DNA of 64,000 bases from Gammaproteobacteria bacterium (GTDB lineage Bacteria; Pseudomonadota; Gammaproteobacteria; Nevskiales; Nevskiaceae), in NCBI GenBank assembly GCA_022599775.1, contig JAHZLQ010000025.1, positions 4,219-68,218 of the forward strand. The letters are read 5' to 3'. The position numbers and the translations under genes are program-made. Position 1 is the stretch's first letter. Every line of letters begins with the position of its first letter. The notes beneath the pieces are model-generated. The model searched no databases and was not told where the DNA came from. It saw only the letters and a list, made by a program, of their open reading frames with translations. Positions 17,733 through 27,077 of this stretch are shown piece after piece.

Positions 17733-18265
17733 AGCACCCTGTAGGAATCCAAGTTGCCGTGGTTCACTGCTGCGCGCTGTTGCAGCGCAAGTGACAAGGC
17801 GTTGGTGGACGCGGTCGAGGGAAGTGTGTGCAGTGACGAACTTTGATTCGCTGCGCACACTGCCCTCGGTCAATTACTAAAGACTGTGCGCGCGTCGCAC
17901 CAGCCGCTTCACGAAGGGGGACTTGCGGGCCAGCCATGTGCGCTTTGCCTGTTTCGAATCCGGAGGCTCGATGGTCGAAATCCCCGATATCCAGATGCCA
18001 GACCTCGATTCGCAGCGGCTTTTGATGGAAAGGTATTCTGCAAAAGCGGCATAATTTGGCGTCATTCTTGCCGGACGCGTTTTTTCGAGCTCTGCTGCTT
18101 CGGTGAGTTCTCGAAGAAGGTTTCCAGTTGGTCGAGGTCACGCAGGCCAAGGGGGTGAGTACTTGCACGGGCGCGGTACCGTGAACAAGTTTCGGAAGAC
18201 GTGGTCGACCGCTCCTCGCCAGTCCAGCCCAGCTCCTGCCGCCCGGCCAATAGTTTCGGCTTTCC

Positions 18266-19534
18266 TCATTCACCTTTCGGCTTGGTGCGAGCGGACTCGG
18301 CAAATTTCTTCAGCGCCGCATTGACGCCCTGGGACACCGCCGTCGCCTTGCCGAAGCCACAATAGAACGCCAGGTGCAGCACAGCTTCTTGTAGTTGCTG
18401 CTCACTCAGCTCGCGGTTGCTCAGCGCGCCCATGACCTGGATCTCGATCAGCTCAGGACGATTCATTTGCGCGGTGGCTCCCAGTACGAGCATGCGGCGG
18501 TCGCGGATCGACAGGCCGGCGCGGCGCCAGATTTCGCCGAACAGGATGCGCAAGGTGGCATCGCTCAGTGGGGATAGGCCGGCGGTCTCCGGCATTTGCA
18601 CTGTTCCTTTGCCGTAGACTTCGTCCATCGTCGCGCGTCCGCGTTGGTGGGCGTCAGCGTCGTTGGCGGCATCCGGTATGCCCCAGATCAGGTTGCAGCA
18701 CTGCATCGCCAGCCTTGCGCCCGGAACATCCACGCCCAGGCTTTCGGCTAGGTCAATGCCGGCGTCGAGATCCTTGGTCTGCAGATTCGCGCCAGCGCGA
18801 CAATCACGCAGAAGTTCCGGCTCGCGCGCTTGGGTCAGCGGCTGTACGCCGCGCTTTTCAAGCAGTGCCGTGCCCATGATGTTGTTGGGGTCGCTCGTGC
18901 GGATCACCTCGATCAGCTTGTGTATATCCACTCCGGCCGCTTCGGCCAACAGGCCGCCTTCGTAGGCGCCGACCCAGGCGTTGTAGTGCATGACGTTGCG
19001 CGCGACCTTGGCCGCCATGCCGGCTCCGATTGGTCCCATGTGCGAGTAGATTGACGAGAAGTCTTCCATTACCTTGCGCACGCTCTCGACGGTCTGCGCA
19101 TCGCCGCCCACCATTAGGCCCGAAGTGCCGTTGGCAGTGGGAGCGGCACCGGTGGTGATGGCGACATCGATCAGCTTGATGCCCATGGCCGCAGCCTCTT
19201 GAGCCATCTCAACCACCAGGGGTATGCGAATCGTGCACATCAGCGCCACGACGATTCCGGGCTGCGCCCCTTCTGCGATGCCCTGCGAGCCGAACAAGAC
19301 TTCGCGCGCCTGCTTGGCGGTGACGACCGAGACGATGACGACGCCGGCCCGCCGCGCGACTTCGGCTGGAGAATTACAGGTGCTGACGCTAGCCAGGTCG
19401 GCGAGCGCCTCCGGCCGTACGTCGTAGCCGTAGACTTCGTGGCCCTTGCGTGCAAGGCAGATGGCAATACCCGCGCCGATCATTCCCAACCCGATGACGC
19501 CGCAACGTTGGTTGGCTTTGGGATGTTCAGTCAT
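18266..19534 (-). CDS. fusion protein: NAD-binding 3-hydroxyisobutyrate/6-phosphogluconate dehydrogenase-like domain plus a carboxymuconolactone decarboxylase (CMD/AhpD-like) domain
   Basis: N-terminus CGVIGLGMIGAGIAICLARKGHEV (Rossmann); C-terminal ~110 aa LSIRDRRMLVLGATAQMNRPELIEIQVMGAL...LHLAFYCGFGKA is CMD-like. Confidence 0.7.
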   Translation of the reverse strand: MTEHPKANQRCGVIGLGMIGAGIAICLARKGHEVYGYDVRPEALADLASVSTCNSPAEVARRAGVVIVSVVTAKQAREVLFGSQGIAEGAQPGIVVALMCTIRIPLVVEMAQEAAAMGIKLIDVAITTGAAPTANGTSGLMVGGDAQTVESVRKVMEDFSSIYSHMGPIGAGMAAKVARNVMHYNAWVGAYEGGLLAEAAGVDIHKLIEVIRTSDPNNIMGTALLEKRGVQPLTQAREPELLRDCRAGANLQTKDLDAGIDLAESLGVDVPGARLAMQCCNLIWGIPDAANDADAHQRGRATMDEVYGKGTVQMPETAGLSPLSDATLRILFGEIWRRAGLSIRDRRMLVLGATAQMNRPELIEIQVMGALSNRELSEQQLQEAVLHLAFYCGFGKATAVSQGVNAALKKFAESARTKPKGE

Positions 19535-19762
19535 GTCTGCAAGTTCCTCAGTGATGTTCGTTGCTCAAGCCAAGGGCAGCGCTTGGAAGATGGATTACGC
19601 CGCTGCCGAAGGACGTCACCTGGCTGGGTCGGCGCCGTACCGATGGATCGTCCAGCACCGTCGTTTCGCGCATGGTTCATCGATCCTCAAGTCTTTGCCG
19701 GGTCGAGGCTTCCGTTACCTTCACGTTGATGCCGTCGTCGCGGGATCGACCGCGACATCCGC

Positions 19763-20083
19763 TCAGAACTGGCTTTCGGGAAGGTGCAGCACCAGCCCAT
19801 CGAGCTCGGGTGATACCCGAACTTGGCAGGACAATCGGCTGTTGGGACGCACTTCGAGCGCGCCGTCGAGCATTGTCTCCTCGTCCGCATTCTTCGTGGG
19901 AACGCGACCCGCCCATTGTTCGTCGAGGTAGCAATGGCAGGTGGCGCAGCTGCAACAGCCGCCACAGTCGCCGACGATGCCGGGCACCATGTTGTCGACA
20001 GCGACTTGCATCAGGGATGGCCCGTTGGGCGCGTCGATCAAGTGCTCGGTGCCGTTGTGTTCTATGAATAAAATTTTAGTCAT
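19763..20083 (-). CDS. [2Fe-2S] ferredoxin, adrenodoxin/putidaredoxin type
   Basis: 106 aa; cluster ligand pattern GDCGGCCSCATCH...C. Confidence 0.9.
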   Translation of the reverse strand: MTKILFIEHNGTEHLIDAPNGPSLMQVAVDNMVPGIVGDCGGCCSCATCHCYLDEQWAGRVPTKNADEETMLDGALEVRPNSRLSCQVRVSPELDGLVLHLPESQF

Positions 20084-20237
20084 TGGGTTCCATGCCAGCT
20101 AGTCGACTATATTGATGTGGGAGGCCGTCGGTTCCAGATCCCGCATCGTGGCGCCGATGCCCCCGAGCTTCAGACTGAACTTTGGAAGGTCACGGCTTTT
20201 GCGCGCGGCATGAACAGATCGATTCCAATTCCTCTAT

Positions 20238-20252
20238 TCATAATATATTCTG
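20238..20252. promoter_or_regulatory. 15-mer CATAATATATTCTGA, copy 2; candidate shared operator
   Basis: Identical to 5885-5899; lies in the divergent ferredoxin / acyl-CoA synthetase intergenic region; on the minus strand CAGAAT sits 15-16 nt after TTGCAA/TTTGCA. Confidence 0.45.
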
Positions 20253-20362
20253 ATTATCCTTGCCGGATTGCAAATTTCGCGCTCTACTAAGGCGACGATA
20301 TTCTGGCCGGCCGCCTTGGTGTAGACCGCAGCCGATCGACTACAAAGCTTCAGGAGAAAGCG

Positions 20363-21892
20363 ATGAGTGAGGAGACAGTTTGGTCGCTGGTTGACCGCCG
20401 TGCGGCAACGACGCCCGAGATGGTGTTCGCAATCGACGAGAACGATTGTGCGATAACCTTTCGAGAGTTCAGGGATGAGGCGATCCGCGCAGCGCGCAGC
20501 CTGAAGCGCGATGGCATCAAGACCGGCATGGTGGTGTCCTGGATTCTACCGAGCTGGATCGAAACCCTCGTCCTGATTTGTGCGCTGTCGCGTATCGGCG
20601 CGATCCAAAATCCCATCGTGCCGATTCTGCGCGAACGTGAAGTGGGCTTCATCGTTCGACAAACGCGCGCGCAGCGGCTCATCACACCAGGGCTTTGGAG
20701 GCAATTCGACTACGCGGCGATGGCGAGCACGCTGATGGTGAGCACGCCTGGATTGAGCGCGATGACGTTCGAGCGTCGCTTCGATGATGCGCCCGAAGTG
20801 TCCGACGCATCGAGCACGGATGACAGTGCGGTGCGCTGGTACTTCTACAGCTCCGGCACGACGTCCGATCCCAAGGGCGCCAAACACACGGACCGGAGTC
20901 TTATCGCCTCGGCATGGGGCATGGTCGATGGGCTGGAGTTGACTGATCGCGATCGTTTGCCGATCGCGTTTCCCGTCAGCCATATCGGCGGCACCATCTA
21001 TCTGATTGCGTCCATGCTAAGTGGTTGCTCGCTTTCGATGACTGAAGCATTCCATCCGGTGGAAACTCTGGATCAGTTCAGTCGCCAGGGCATCACCCTC
21101 GGGGGTCCAGGGGCGCCGTTCCTGCTGGCCTTTATTAGACGGCAGCGCGAACTCGGCAGCACCAAGCTGTTCCCGAAGGTCCGCGCGTTCCTGAGCGGCG
21201 GCGCGCCGAAATCACCGACGCTGGAAGCCGAAGTGCAGGAGACGCTGGGCGCTCCGCTACTGTCCTGCTACGGCCTGACCGAAGCTCCCATGCTGACGTA
21301 CAACCGCGTCGATGACGAAGGCAGCGTGCGCGCCGCTACGGAAGGTCGTGCGACCTCGGGGGTAGACCTCGCGCTCTTCGTCGGTGACCGCCGTGTGCCT
21401 GCCGGCGAAGAGGGCGAGGTTCGTGTCAAGGGCACGCGGGTGATGTGTGGCTATCTCGATGAATCGCTCAATGCCGATACGTTCGACGCCGCAGGTTATT
21501 TGCGCACGGGTGATCTCGGTCGGATGGATGCCCAGGGTAATCTCACGATTACCGGTCGCATCAAGGAAATCATCATTCGCAACATGGAGAACATCTCGGC
21601 GACCGAGGTGGAGGGCCTGCTGCACACGCATCCGCAGGTGCGTGACGTGGCTGTGATCGGTCTGCCCGATGTGCGTACTGGCGAGCGGGTTTGTGCCGTT
21701 ATCGTGCCGGTTGCACAGGATGATGCGCCGACCGGTGAAGTCCTGTGCCAGCATCTTTTGCAACAGGGTCTGAGCCGCCGCAAGACGCCGGAGCAGTTCG
21801 AGTATGTAGCCGAATTGCCGCGCAACCCCATGGGCAAGGTGCTCAAGGCCGAGCTGAAAGTACGCTACGGAAAGCCTGCGGCGGCCGCGTGA
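20363..21892 (+). CDS. AMP-dependent acyl-CoA synthetase/ligase
   Basis: 509 aa; YSSGTTSDPKGA and YLRTGDLG motifs. Confidence 0.9.
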   Translation: MSEETVWSLVDRRAATTPEMVFAIDENDCAITFREFRDEAIRAARSLKRDGIKTGMVVSWILPSWIETLVLICALSRIGAIQNPIVPILREREVGFIVRQTRAQRLITPGLWRQFDYAAMASTLMVSTPGLSAMTFERRFDDAPEVSDASSTDDSAVRWYFYSSGTTSDPKGAKHTDRSLIASAWGMVDGLELTDRDRLPIAFPVSHIGGTIYLIASMLSGCSLSMTEAFHPVETLDQFSRQGITLGGPGAPFLLAFIRRQRELGSTKLFPKVRAFLSGGAPKSPTLEAEVQETLGAPLLSCYGLTEAPMLTYNRVDDEGSVRAATEGRATSGVDLALFVGDRRVPAGEEGEVRVKGTRVMCGYLDESLNADTFDAAGYLRTGDLGRMDAQGNLTITGRIKEIIIRNMENISATEVEGLLHTHPQVRDVAVIGLPDVRTGERVCAVIVPVAQDDAPTGEVLCQHLLQQGLSRRKTPEQFEYVAELPRNPMGKVLKAELKVRYGKPAAAA

Positions 21893-22059
21893 ACCGCTTA
21901 CGGCACCAATTGCAGTGGCCGAGTCGGAATCCCGGCCTGTTGTTGACAGCCCAAGGCTTTTCCTTCCGACGAATGACCGCAACAACCGAAATGTCCGCAG
22001 AAGCCTAGCGTGCGGCAACGGACATCGGGCAATCCACTCATGAGAAAGCAGGAACTTCA

Positions 22060-22650
22060 ATGACGAAACAACTTGACGACGCAGCACTCGATCAGCTTTT
22101 CCGCACCGCCCGTACACACAACGGTTGGGTGCAGGAAACCCTGCCCGAAGCGCTCTACCGCGAGGTATACGAACTCATGAAGTTCGGCCCCACCTCCGCC
22201 AACACCTGCCCCGCTCGCTTCGTCTGGGTGACCAGCGAGGCTGGGCGCAAACGGTTGGCGGAACTGGCGGCTCCCGGCAATGCACCCAAGATTCTCGAAG
22301 CGCCATGCACGGTGATCGTCGGGCACGATCTGCAGTTTGCCGAGATGCTGCCGATCCTGTTTCCGCACAATCCGGACATGAAGGACTACTTCCGCGATCC
22401 GCGAGCCGCCGAGACCACTGCATCCCGGAACGGCACCCTTCAGGGCGCCTATCTGATCATCGCCGCGCGCGCGATGGGGCTCGACTGCGGTCCGATGTCG
22501 GGCTTCGATCAGGCCGGCGTCGACAAGGAATTCTTTGCCGGCACGACGGTGAAATCCAACTTCATCTGCGTGCTGGGCCACGGCACCGAGAAGAACCTCT
22601 TTCCCCGTAGTCCGCGCCTGAGCTTCGAAGACGCCAACCGTTTCGCATAA
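22060..22650 (+). CDS. RutE-family nitroreductase-fold protein (malonic semialdehyde reductase-like)
   Basis: 196 aa; [11 protein letters not shown]...[16 protein letters not shown]...LPRLSFE closely parallels E. coli RutE as I recall it. Confidence 0.8.
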   Translation: MTKQLDDAALDQLFRTARTHNGWVQETLPEALYREVYELMKFGPTSANTCPARFVWVTSEAGRKRLAELAAPGNAPKILEAPCTVIVGHDLQFAEMLPILFPHNPDMKDYFRDPRAAETTASRNGTLQGAYLIIAARAMGLDCGPMSGFDQAGVDKEFFAGTTVKSNFICVLGHGTEKNLFPRSPRLSFEDANRFA

Positions 22651-22792
22651 GCGCGGTTCGTCGTTTTGCGGCAGATGATCGCCGGCCACCCTTTTCAGAC
22701 TGACCGGCGATTGGCTCGCGTAGACGCGAGCGCGCCGAGGCCATCTCGCTGTCGCCTCTTCTCACTCTGCGCCTGGATCGAGACGTGACGGC

Positions 22793-22821
22793 TTGACAGA
22801 CCGCTTTGATGTTTTCAGAAT
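22793..22821 (+). promoter_or_regulatory. sigma70-type promoter TTGACA-N17-CAGAAT for the Rieske-oxygenase operon
   Basis: Consensus -35 at 22793-22798, an exact 17-nt spacer, and CAGAAT at 22816-22821. Confidence 0.55.
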
Positions 22822-22822
22822 G

Positions 22823-22841
22823 CATTTCGATAAATGAAATG
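22823..22841. promoter_or_regulatory. inverted repeat CATTTC-N7-GAAATG just downstream of the -10 hexamer, candidate operator
   Basis: 6-bp arms at 22823-22828 and 22836-22841. Confidence 0.3.
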
Positions 22842-22943
22842 TTGCATGGGTTCCGAAAGTAAGTCGACCCACCAAAATTGCCCTTGGCATCGATTCGAGG
22901 GACACGGTGCTGGGTGCAGGTAGCGAGATCTAGGAGGATTCAC

Positions 22944-24368
22944 ATGGGCGACAAATACGTGGGCGATATCGAACAGGGCGCTGCGGCTCACAGTGGCAGA
23001 GCGCTTCCATCAGGCTCGCCGTCGGCATCCGATTACTATGTCGCCAAGGATGCCTACGTTTCCCCCGAGATCGCGCGGTTCGAACTTGAGCGCCTGTGGC
23101 CGAAGGTCTGGCAGGTCGCCTGCCGCGAAGAGGAAATTCCGAAGCGTGGCGATTTCGTCACCTACGAGCTTGGCAGCGAATCGGTCATCGTCGTGCGTTC
23201 GGCCGACGACCAAATTCGCGCGTTCAACAACGCCTGCATGCATCGCGGGCGCCGCCTGACCAGCGGTTGCGGCCGTGCCAACAAGCTGTTCTGCAAGTTT
23301 CACGGCTGGCGTTGGGACCTGCAGGGGAAAATCGAAAGCATCCCTGATCGCGAACACTGGTGCGACCAACTGACCGATGAGGAAGTGGCACTGCCAGAGT
23401 TCAAGGTCGACACCTGGGGGGGCTTTGTGTTCATCAGCTTCGACCCGAACGCAGAGCCGCTGCTCGACTACCTCGACCCCATCCCGAAGTTCCTCGCCTG
23501 CTACGAACTCGACCGCATGCGCTATAAGTCGTATGTGACATTCCCGGTGGAAGCGAACTGGAAGACGGCGCAGGAGGCCTTCACGGAGGCCTACCACATT
23601 CAGACCACGCACCGTCAGGCGTCGCCGTACATGGATTCGCGCGCGACTACGCACGCGCACAACAAGCACATGCAGATGTGTGATGCGATGCCCGCTCAGG
23701 TCGGTTTTCATGTCAATGACCCGGAAACCGATCCGAGACTGGCATTGCTGAATGTCTACCGTGAATTCTCAAACAACATTCCGTTCAGCAACCGCGCTTA
23801 CGGAGTTGCCACGCGACTGCTCGATTTGCCGCCCGAAACCTCCTTCATGGAGGCGGCCATGGCGCTGTACCAATGGCAGAAGGAGGCTGCTGTCGCAGCG
23901 GGTGTGGGCTGGCCCGAGGCGCCTATCGAACAGTTTGCGCAGGCTGGAATCGACTGGAACTTTTTCCCCAACCTTACCTGTGTGCTGAGTCCGGACGCCG
24001 CAGTGTTCTACCGGATCCGCCCAATGGGTGATAACCCGGATCGCTGCCTCTTCGATCTGTGGCGCCTGGAACGCTATGCGCCCGGCGCCGAGCCCCAGTT
24101 GGTGCGCGAGCGGTACGACTCCTGGGAGGAGTATCCGGACATGCCGTTGGTGCTGCGCCAGGATTTCCAGAACATTGCGGACGTGCAGGCCGGCATGAAG
24201 ACCACCGCCTGGAAGGGCGCGCGCGTGAACCCGAAGCAGGAGCTGTCGATATCGCATTTCAATCGCACGCTCATGGGATACCTGGGCCTGTCGTCGCCGG
24301 AGCCGGATAAGAATGCGGCGGATGGGCAGTCGCAAGCGGCTGGGCCACGGAAAGCCACCAATGGTTGA
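22944..24368 (+). CDS. Rieske non-heme iron oxygenase, alpha (catalytic) subunit
   Basis: ATG at 22944 after AGGAGGA; Rieske motif CMHRG...CKFHGW. Confidence 0.9.
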   Translation: MGDKYVGDIEQGAAAHSGRALPSGSPSASDYYVAKDAYVSPEIARFELERLWPKVWQVACREEEIPKRGDFVTYELGSESVIVVRSADDQIRAFNNACMHRGRRLTSGCGRANKLFCKFHGWRWDLQGKIESIPDREHWCDQLTDEEVALPEFKVDTWGGFVFISFDPNAEPLLDYLDPIPKFLACYELDRMRYKSYVTFPVEANWKTAQEAFTEAYHIQTTHRQASPYMDSRATTHAHNKHMQMCDAMPAQVGFHVNDPETDPRLALLNVYREFSNNIPFSNRAYGVATRLLDLPPETSFMEAAMALYQWQKEAAVAAGVGWPEAPIEQFAQAGIDWNFFPNLTCVLSPDAAVFYRIRPMGDNPDRCLFDLWRLERYAPGAEPQLVRERYDSWEEYPDMPLVLRQDFQNIADVQAGMKTTAWKGARVNPKQELSISHFNRTLMGYLGLSSPEPDKNAADGQSQAAGPRKATNG

Positions 24369-26091
24369 GGTCGCGCCGCAGCGGGGATTCCCTGCGCTTG
24401 CTGAATCGCCGCTCTCCATAGCCGATTGCGATGCGCTGAGTTGGGACGATGAGGCGGATGTCGTCGTCGTCGGATTTGGCGGGGCCGGTGCGGTGGCCGC
24501 GATTCAGGCGGCCGAGGGCGGCGCCAGCGTCATCATCGCCGATCGTTTCGATGGCGGAGGCGCCACCACACTGAGCGGCGGCGTCATCTACAGCGGCGCC
24601 AACGACGTTCAGCGCGCGGCGGGCATCGCCGACAGCGTCGAAGACATGTTTGAGTATCTCAAGCTCGAAGTAAAAGGCGTGGTCAGCGATGACGCCTTGT
24701 ACCGTTACTGCGCCGACAGTCAGACGAACATCGACTGGTTACGCAAGCAGGGCGTCGGCTATCGGAGCGAATTTCGCGACGGACGTTTCGCGTTTCCGCC
24801 TGAAGACGTCTTCATCTACTACACCGGCAACGAAAAGCTGCCGCACGCTGTGGCCAAGGCCAAGCCCGCACCGCGCGGCCTGCGCGCGGCGGGCAAAGGG
24901 CTGGGTGGGCGGCACTTCTATGGGGCGCTGCGCGCGACCGCACTGCGTTCCGGCGCCAAGTACTACCCGCAGAGTCCGGCGACGCGCCTGATCGTGAGCG
25001 CCGATGGCGCCGTGCTCGGTGTCGAGTTGCGGCGCCTGACTCCGGGTGCCAAGCCCTGCGCCCGTCACGCAAAGCTCAAGCGGCGCTACGACGCCTTGCT
25101 GAGATTCATCGGCGGCAGTGCGGCCGCGAAGGCGGCTGCGGAGATGATGCGGCTCGAGCAGGAACACGGCGTGCCGTTACGGCTGCGCGCCCGTTCGGGC
25201 GTGATCTTGGCGACCGGCGGCTTCATATTCAATCCGGACATGGTGCAGCGCCATACGCCGCGCTACGTCAAATCCATGCCACTCGGCACCGTGAGCTGCG
25301 ATGGCAGCGGCATCCAGCTGGGCATGAGTGTCGGCGCCGCAACCGGCCAGATGGACCATGTCGCGGCCTGGCGCCATCTGGCTATGCCGGCGGCGCCCGA
25401 GGCCTATCTCAAGGGCCTGCTCGTGAATGCCCGGGGCGAGCGCTTTATCCCGGAAGATGCCTATTCGGCCACTGTCGGTGGCGCGATCGCCGAGTCGCAC
25501 GACGGCCGGGCGTGGTTGATTCAGGACAAGCCCTTGCGCCGGCAATCCTTCGGTGCGCTTTGGGGACAACTGCGGTCTTCCATGGTTTTGACGATCCCCA
25601 CGTTGTTGACCTTGCTGTTCGGCACCAAACGCGGCAAGACGATCGAAGAACTTGCTGTGGCCGTGGGAGTCGATCCGGTGGGGTTGCGGGCGACGGTGGA
25701 TGCCAACAACGCCACCCTCGCCGCAGGAAAGCCCGACCCGCTCGGCAAGCAGCCGGAGTATCGGCGGCCGATCAGCTCTGGGCCGTACTATGCGATCTAC
25801 GTCGGCACCGATAGCACGTTTTCGCAGGCTGTCACCGTCACCCTGGGCGGCTTGGTCGTCGATGAGGGCAGCGGTCTCGTGAAGCGTCTCGATGGTCGCA
25901 CCATTGCCGGTTTGTATGCCGTAGGCCGCACTGCGGTCGGCATTCCGTCGGAGAACTACGTCAGCGGACTTTCGATCGGCGATTGCGTGTTTTCGGGCCG
26001 TCGCGCGGCCCTGCATGCAACGTCCTCGAAGCGGTCTCAGCGGGTCGATCAAGTCAGTGCTGTCCCAACAGAGGCCATAGTCAATGAGTGA
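24361..26091 (+). CDS. FAD-dependent oxidoreductase, fumarate reductase / 3-ketosteroid dehydrogenase (KstD)-like
   Basis: ATG at 24361 overlaps the upstream stop by 8 nt; dinucleotide fold DVVVVGFGGAGAVAAIQAAEGG; C-terminal GLYAVGRTA. Confidence 0.75.
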   Translation: MVEVAPQRGFPALAESPLSIADCDALSWDDEADVVVVGFGGAGAVAAIQAAEGGASVIIADRFDGGGATTLSGGVIYSGANDVQRAAGIADSVEDMFEYLKLEVKGVVSDDALYRYCADSQTNIDWLRKQGVGYRSEFRDGRFAFPPEDVFIYYTGNEKLPHAVAKAKPAPRGLRAAGKGLGGRHFYGALRATALRSGAKYYPQSPATRLIVSADGAVLGVELRRLTPGAKPCARHAKLKRRYDALLRFIGGSAAAKAAAEMMRLEQEHGVPLRLRARSGVILATGGFIFNPDMVQRHTPRYVKSMPLGTVSCDGSGIQLGMSVGAATGQMDHVAAWRHLAMPAAPEAYLKGLLVNARGERFIPEDAYSATVGGAIAESHDGRAWLIQDKPLRRQSFGALWGQLRSSMVLTIPTLLTLLFGTKRGKTIEELAVAVGVDPVGLRATVDANNATLAAGKPDPLGKQPEYRRPISSGPYYAIYVGTDSTFSQAVTVTLGGLVVDEGSGLVKRLDGRTIAGLYAVGRTAVGIPSENYVSGLSIGDCVFSGRRAALHATSSKRSQRVDQVSAVPTEAIVNE

Positions 26092-27064
26092 CCACGAACC
26101 CGATCGCGCGACACTCGTCGATATCTATCGGCGCATGAGCCGGATCGTGAAGAACGACGAGCAGTTCCGTGAGCAGATCAAGACCGGCCGTCTGGCGGCG
26201 ATTTACTACTCGCCCAAGGGGCAGGAAGCGATTCCCGCGGCCGTCAGCGCTTGTCTCGACGATACCGACTACATCACTACGATCTATCGTGGCATTCACG
26301 ATATGTTGGCCAAGGGAGTGCCGACCAAGCTGCTCTGGGCGGAGGTCGCCGGCAAGGTGACCGGTACCTGCAAGGGCAAGGGTGGGCCGATGCACATCAC
26401 TCATCCAGCATCCGGCTGCATGCTCACAACAGGCATTGTCGGGGCCAGTATGCCGGTGGCCTGCGGCTTGGCGCTGGCTTCGCAAGAAGCCAAGGACGGC
26501 CGTGTCACGGTGGCCAACTTCGGTGACGGCGCCACCAACATCGGTGCCTTCCACGAAAGCCTCAATCTCGCCTCGGTGTGGAAGTTGCCGGTGGTCTTCG
26601 TCTGCCAGAACAATCAGTACGCTGAGCATACCGCTTACCACCTCGGGACCTCTGTAGAGCAGATCGCGACGCGCGCCGTCAGCTATTCGATGCCGGGCGT
26701 GCGCGTGGACGGCAACGATCCGGTCGCGGTCTATCGAGTCGCCAAGGCCGCCATCGAGCGTGCGAGGGCCGGAGAAGGCCCCACGCTGATCGAGGCCGTC
26801 ACGTTCCGCTTTCATGGGCATGTTTTCGGTGAGGGCGGCGAATACATGCCTCGCGCCGAGCTTGATGCGGCGATGGCGGCGGATCCGTTTCCCCGGTTTC
26901 GCAATCGTCTGCTCGCAGAAGGTGTCGCCGATGCACAGACGCTCGATGAAATCGACGCGCAGATCAGTGCCGAGGTCGATGAGGCGATCCAGTTTGCAAT
27001 GGACAGCGACGCACCGACCGCCATCGAACTCAAGCGCGACGTCTACGCCCACGAACTGAGCTGA
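26084..27064 (+). CDS. thiamine-diphosphate-dependent dehydrogenase E1 alpha subunit (acetoin/pyruvate dehydrogenase type)
   Basis: 326 aa; GDGATNIGAFHESLNLASVWKLPVVFVCQNNQYA TPP-binding motif; start overlaps the upstream stop by 8 nt. Confidence 0.9.
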   Translation: MSDHEPDRATLVDIYRRMSRIVKNDEQFREQIKTGRLAAIYYSPKGQEAIPAAVSACLDDTDYITTIYRGIHDMLAKGVPTKLLWAEVAGKVTGTCKGKGGPMHITHPASGCMLTTGIVGASMPVACGLALASQEAKDGRVTVANFGDGATNIGAFHESLNLASVWKLPVVFVCQNNQYAEHTAYHLGTSVEQIATRAVSYSMPGVRVDGNDPVAVYRVAKAAIERARAGEGPTLIEAVTFRFHGHVFGEGGEYMPRAELDAAMAADPFPRFRNRLLAEGVADAQTLDEIDAQISAEVDEAIQFAMDSDAPTAIELKRDVYAHELS

Positions 27065-27077
27065 AGGACAATATCTG

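Noticed and set aside
25177-27052. 291-aa and 323-aa minus-strand ORFs
   Set aside because: Antisense to the KstD-like flavoprotein and E1 alpha genes, both of which carry clear cofactor motifs on the plus strand.
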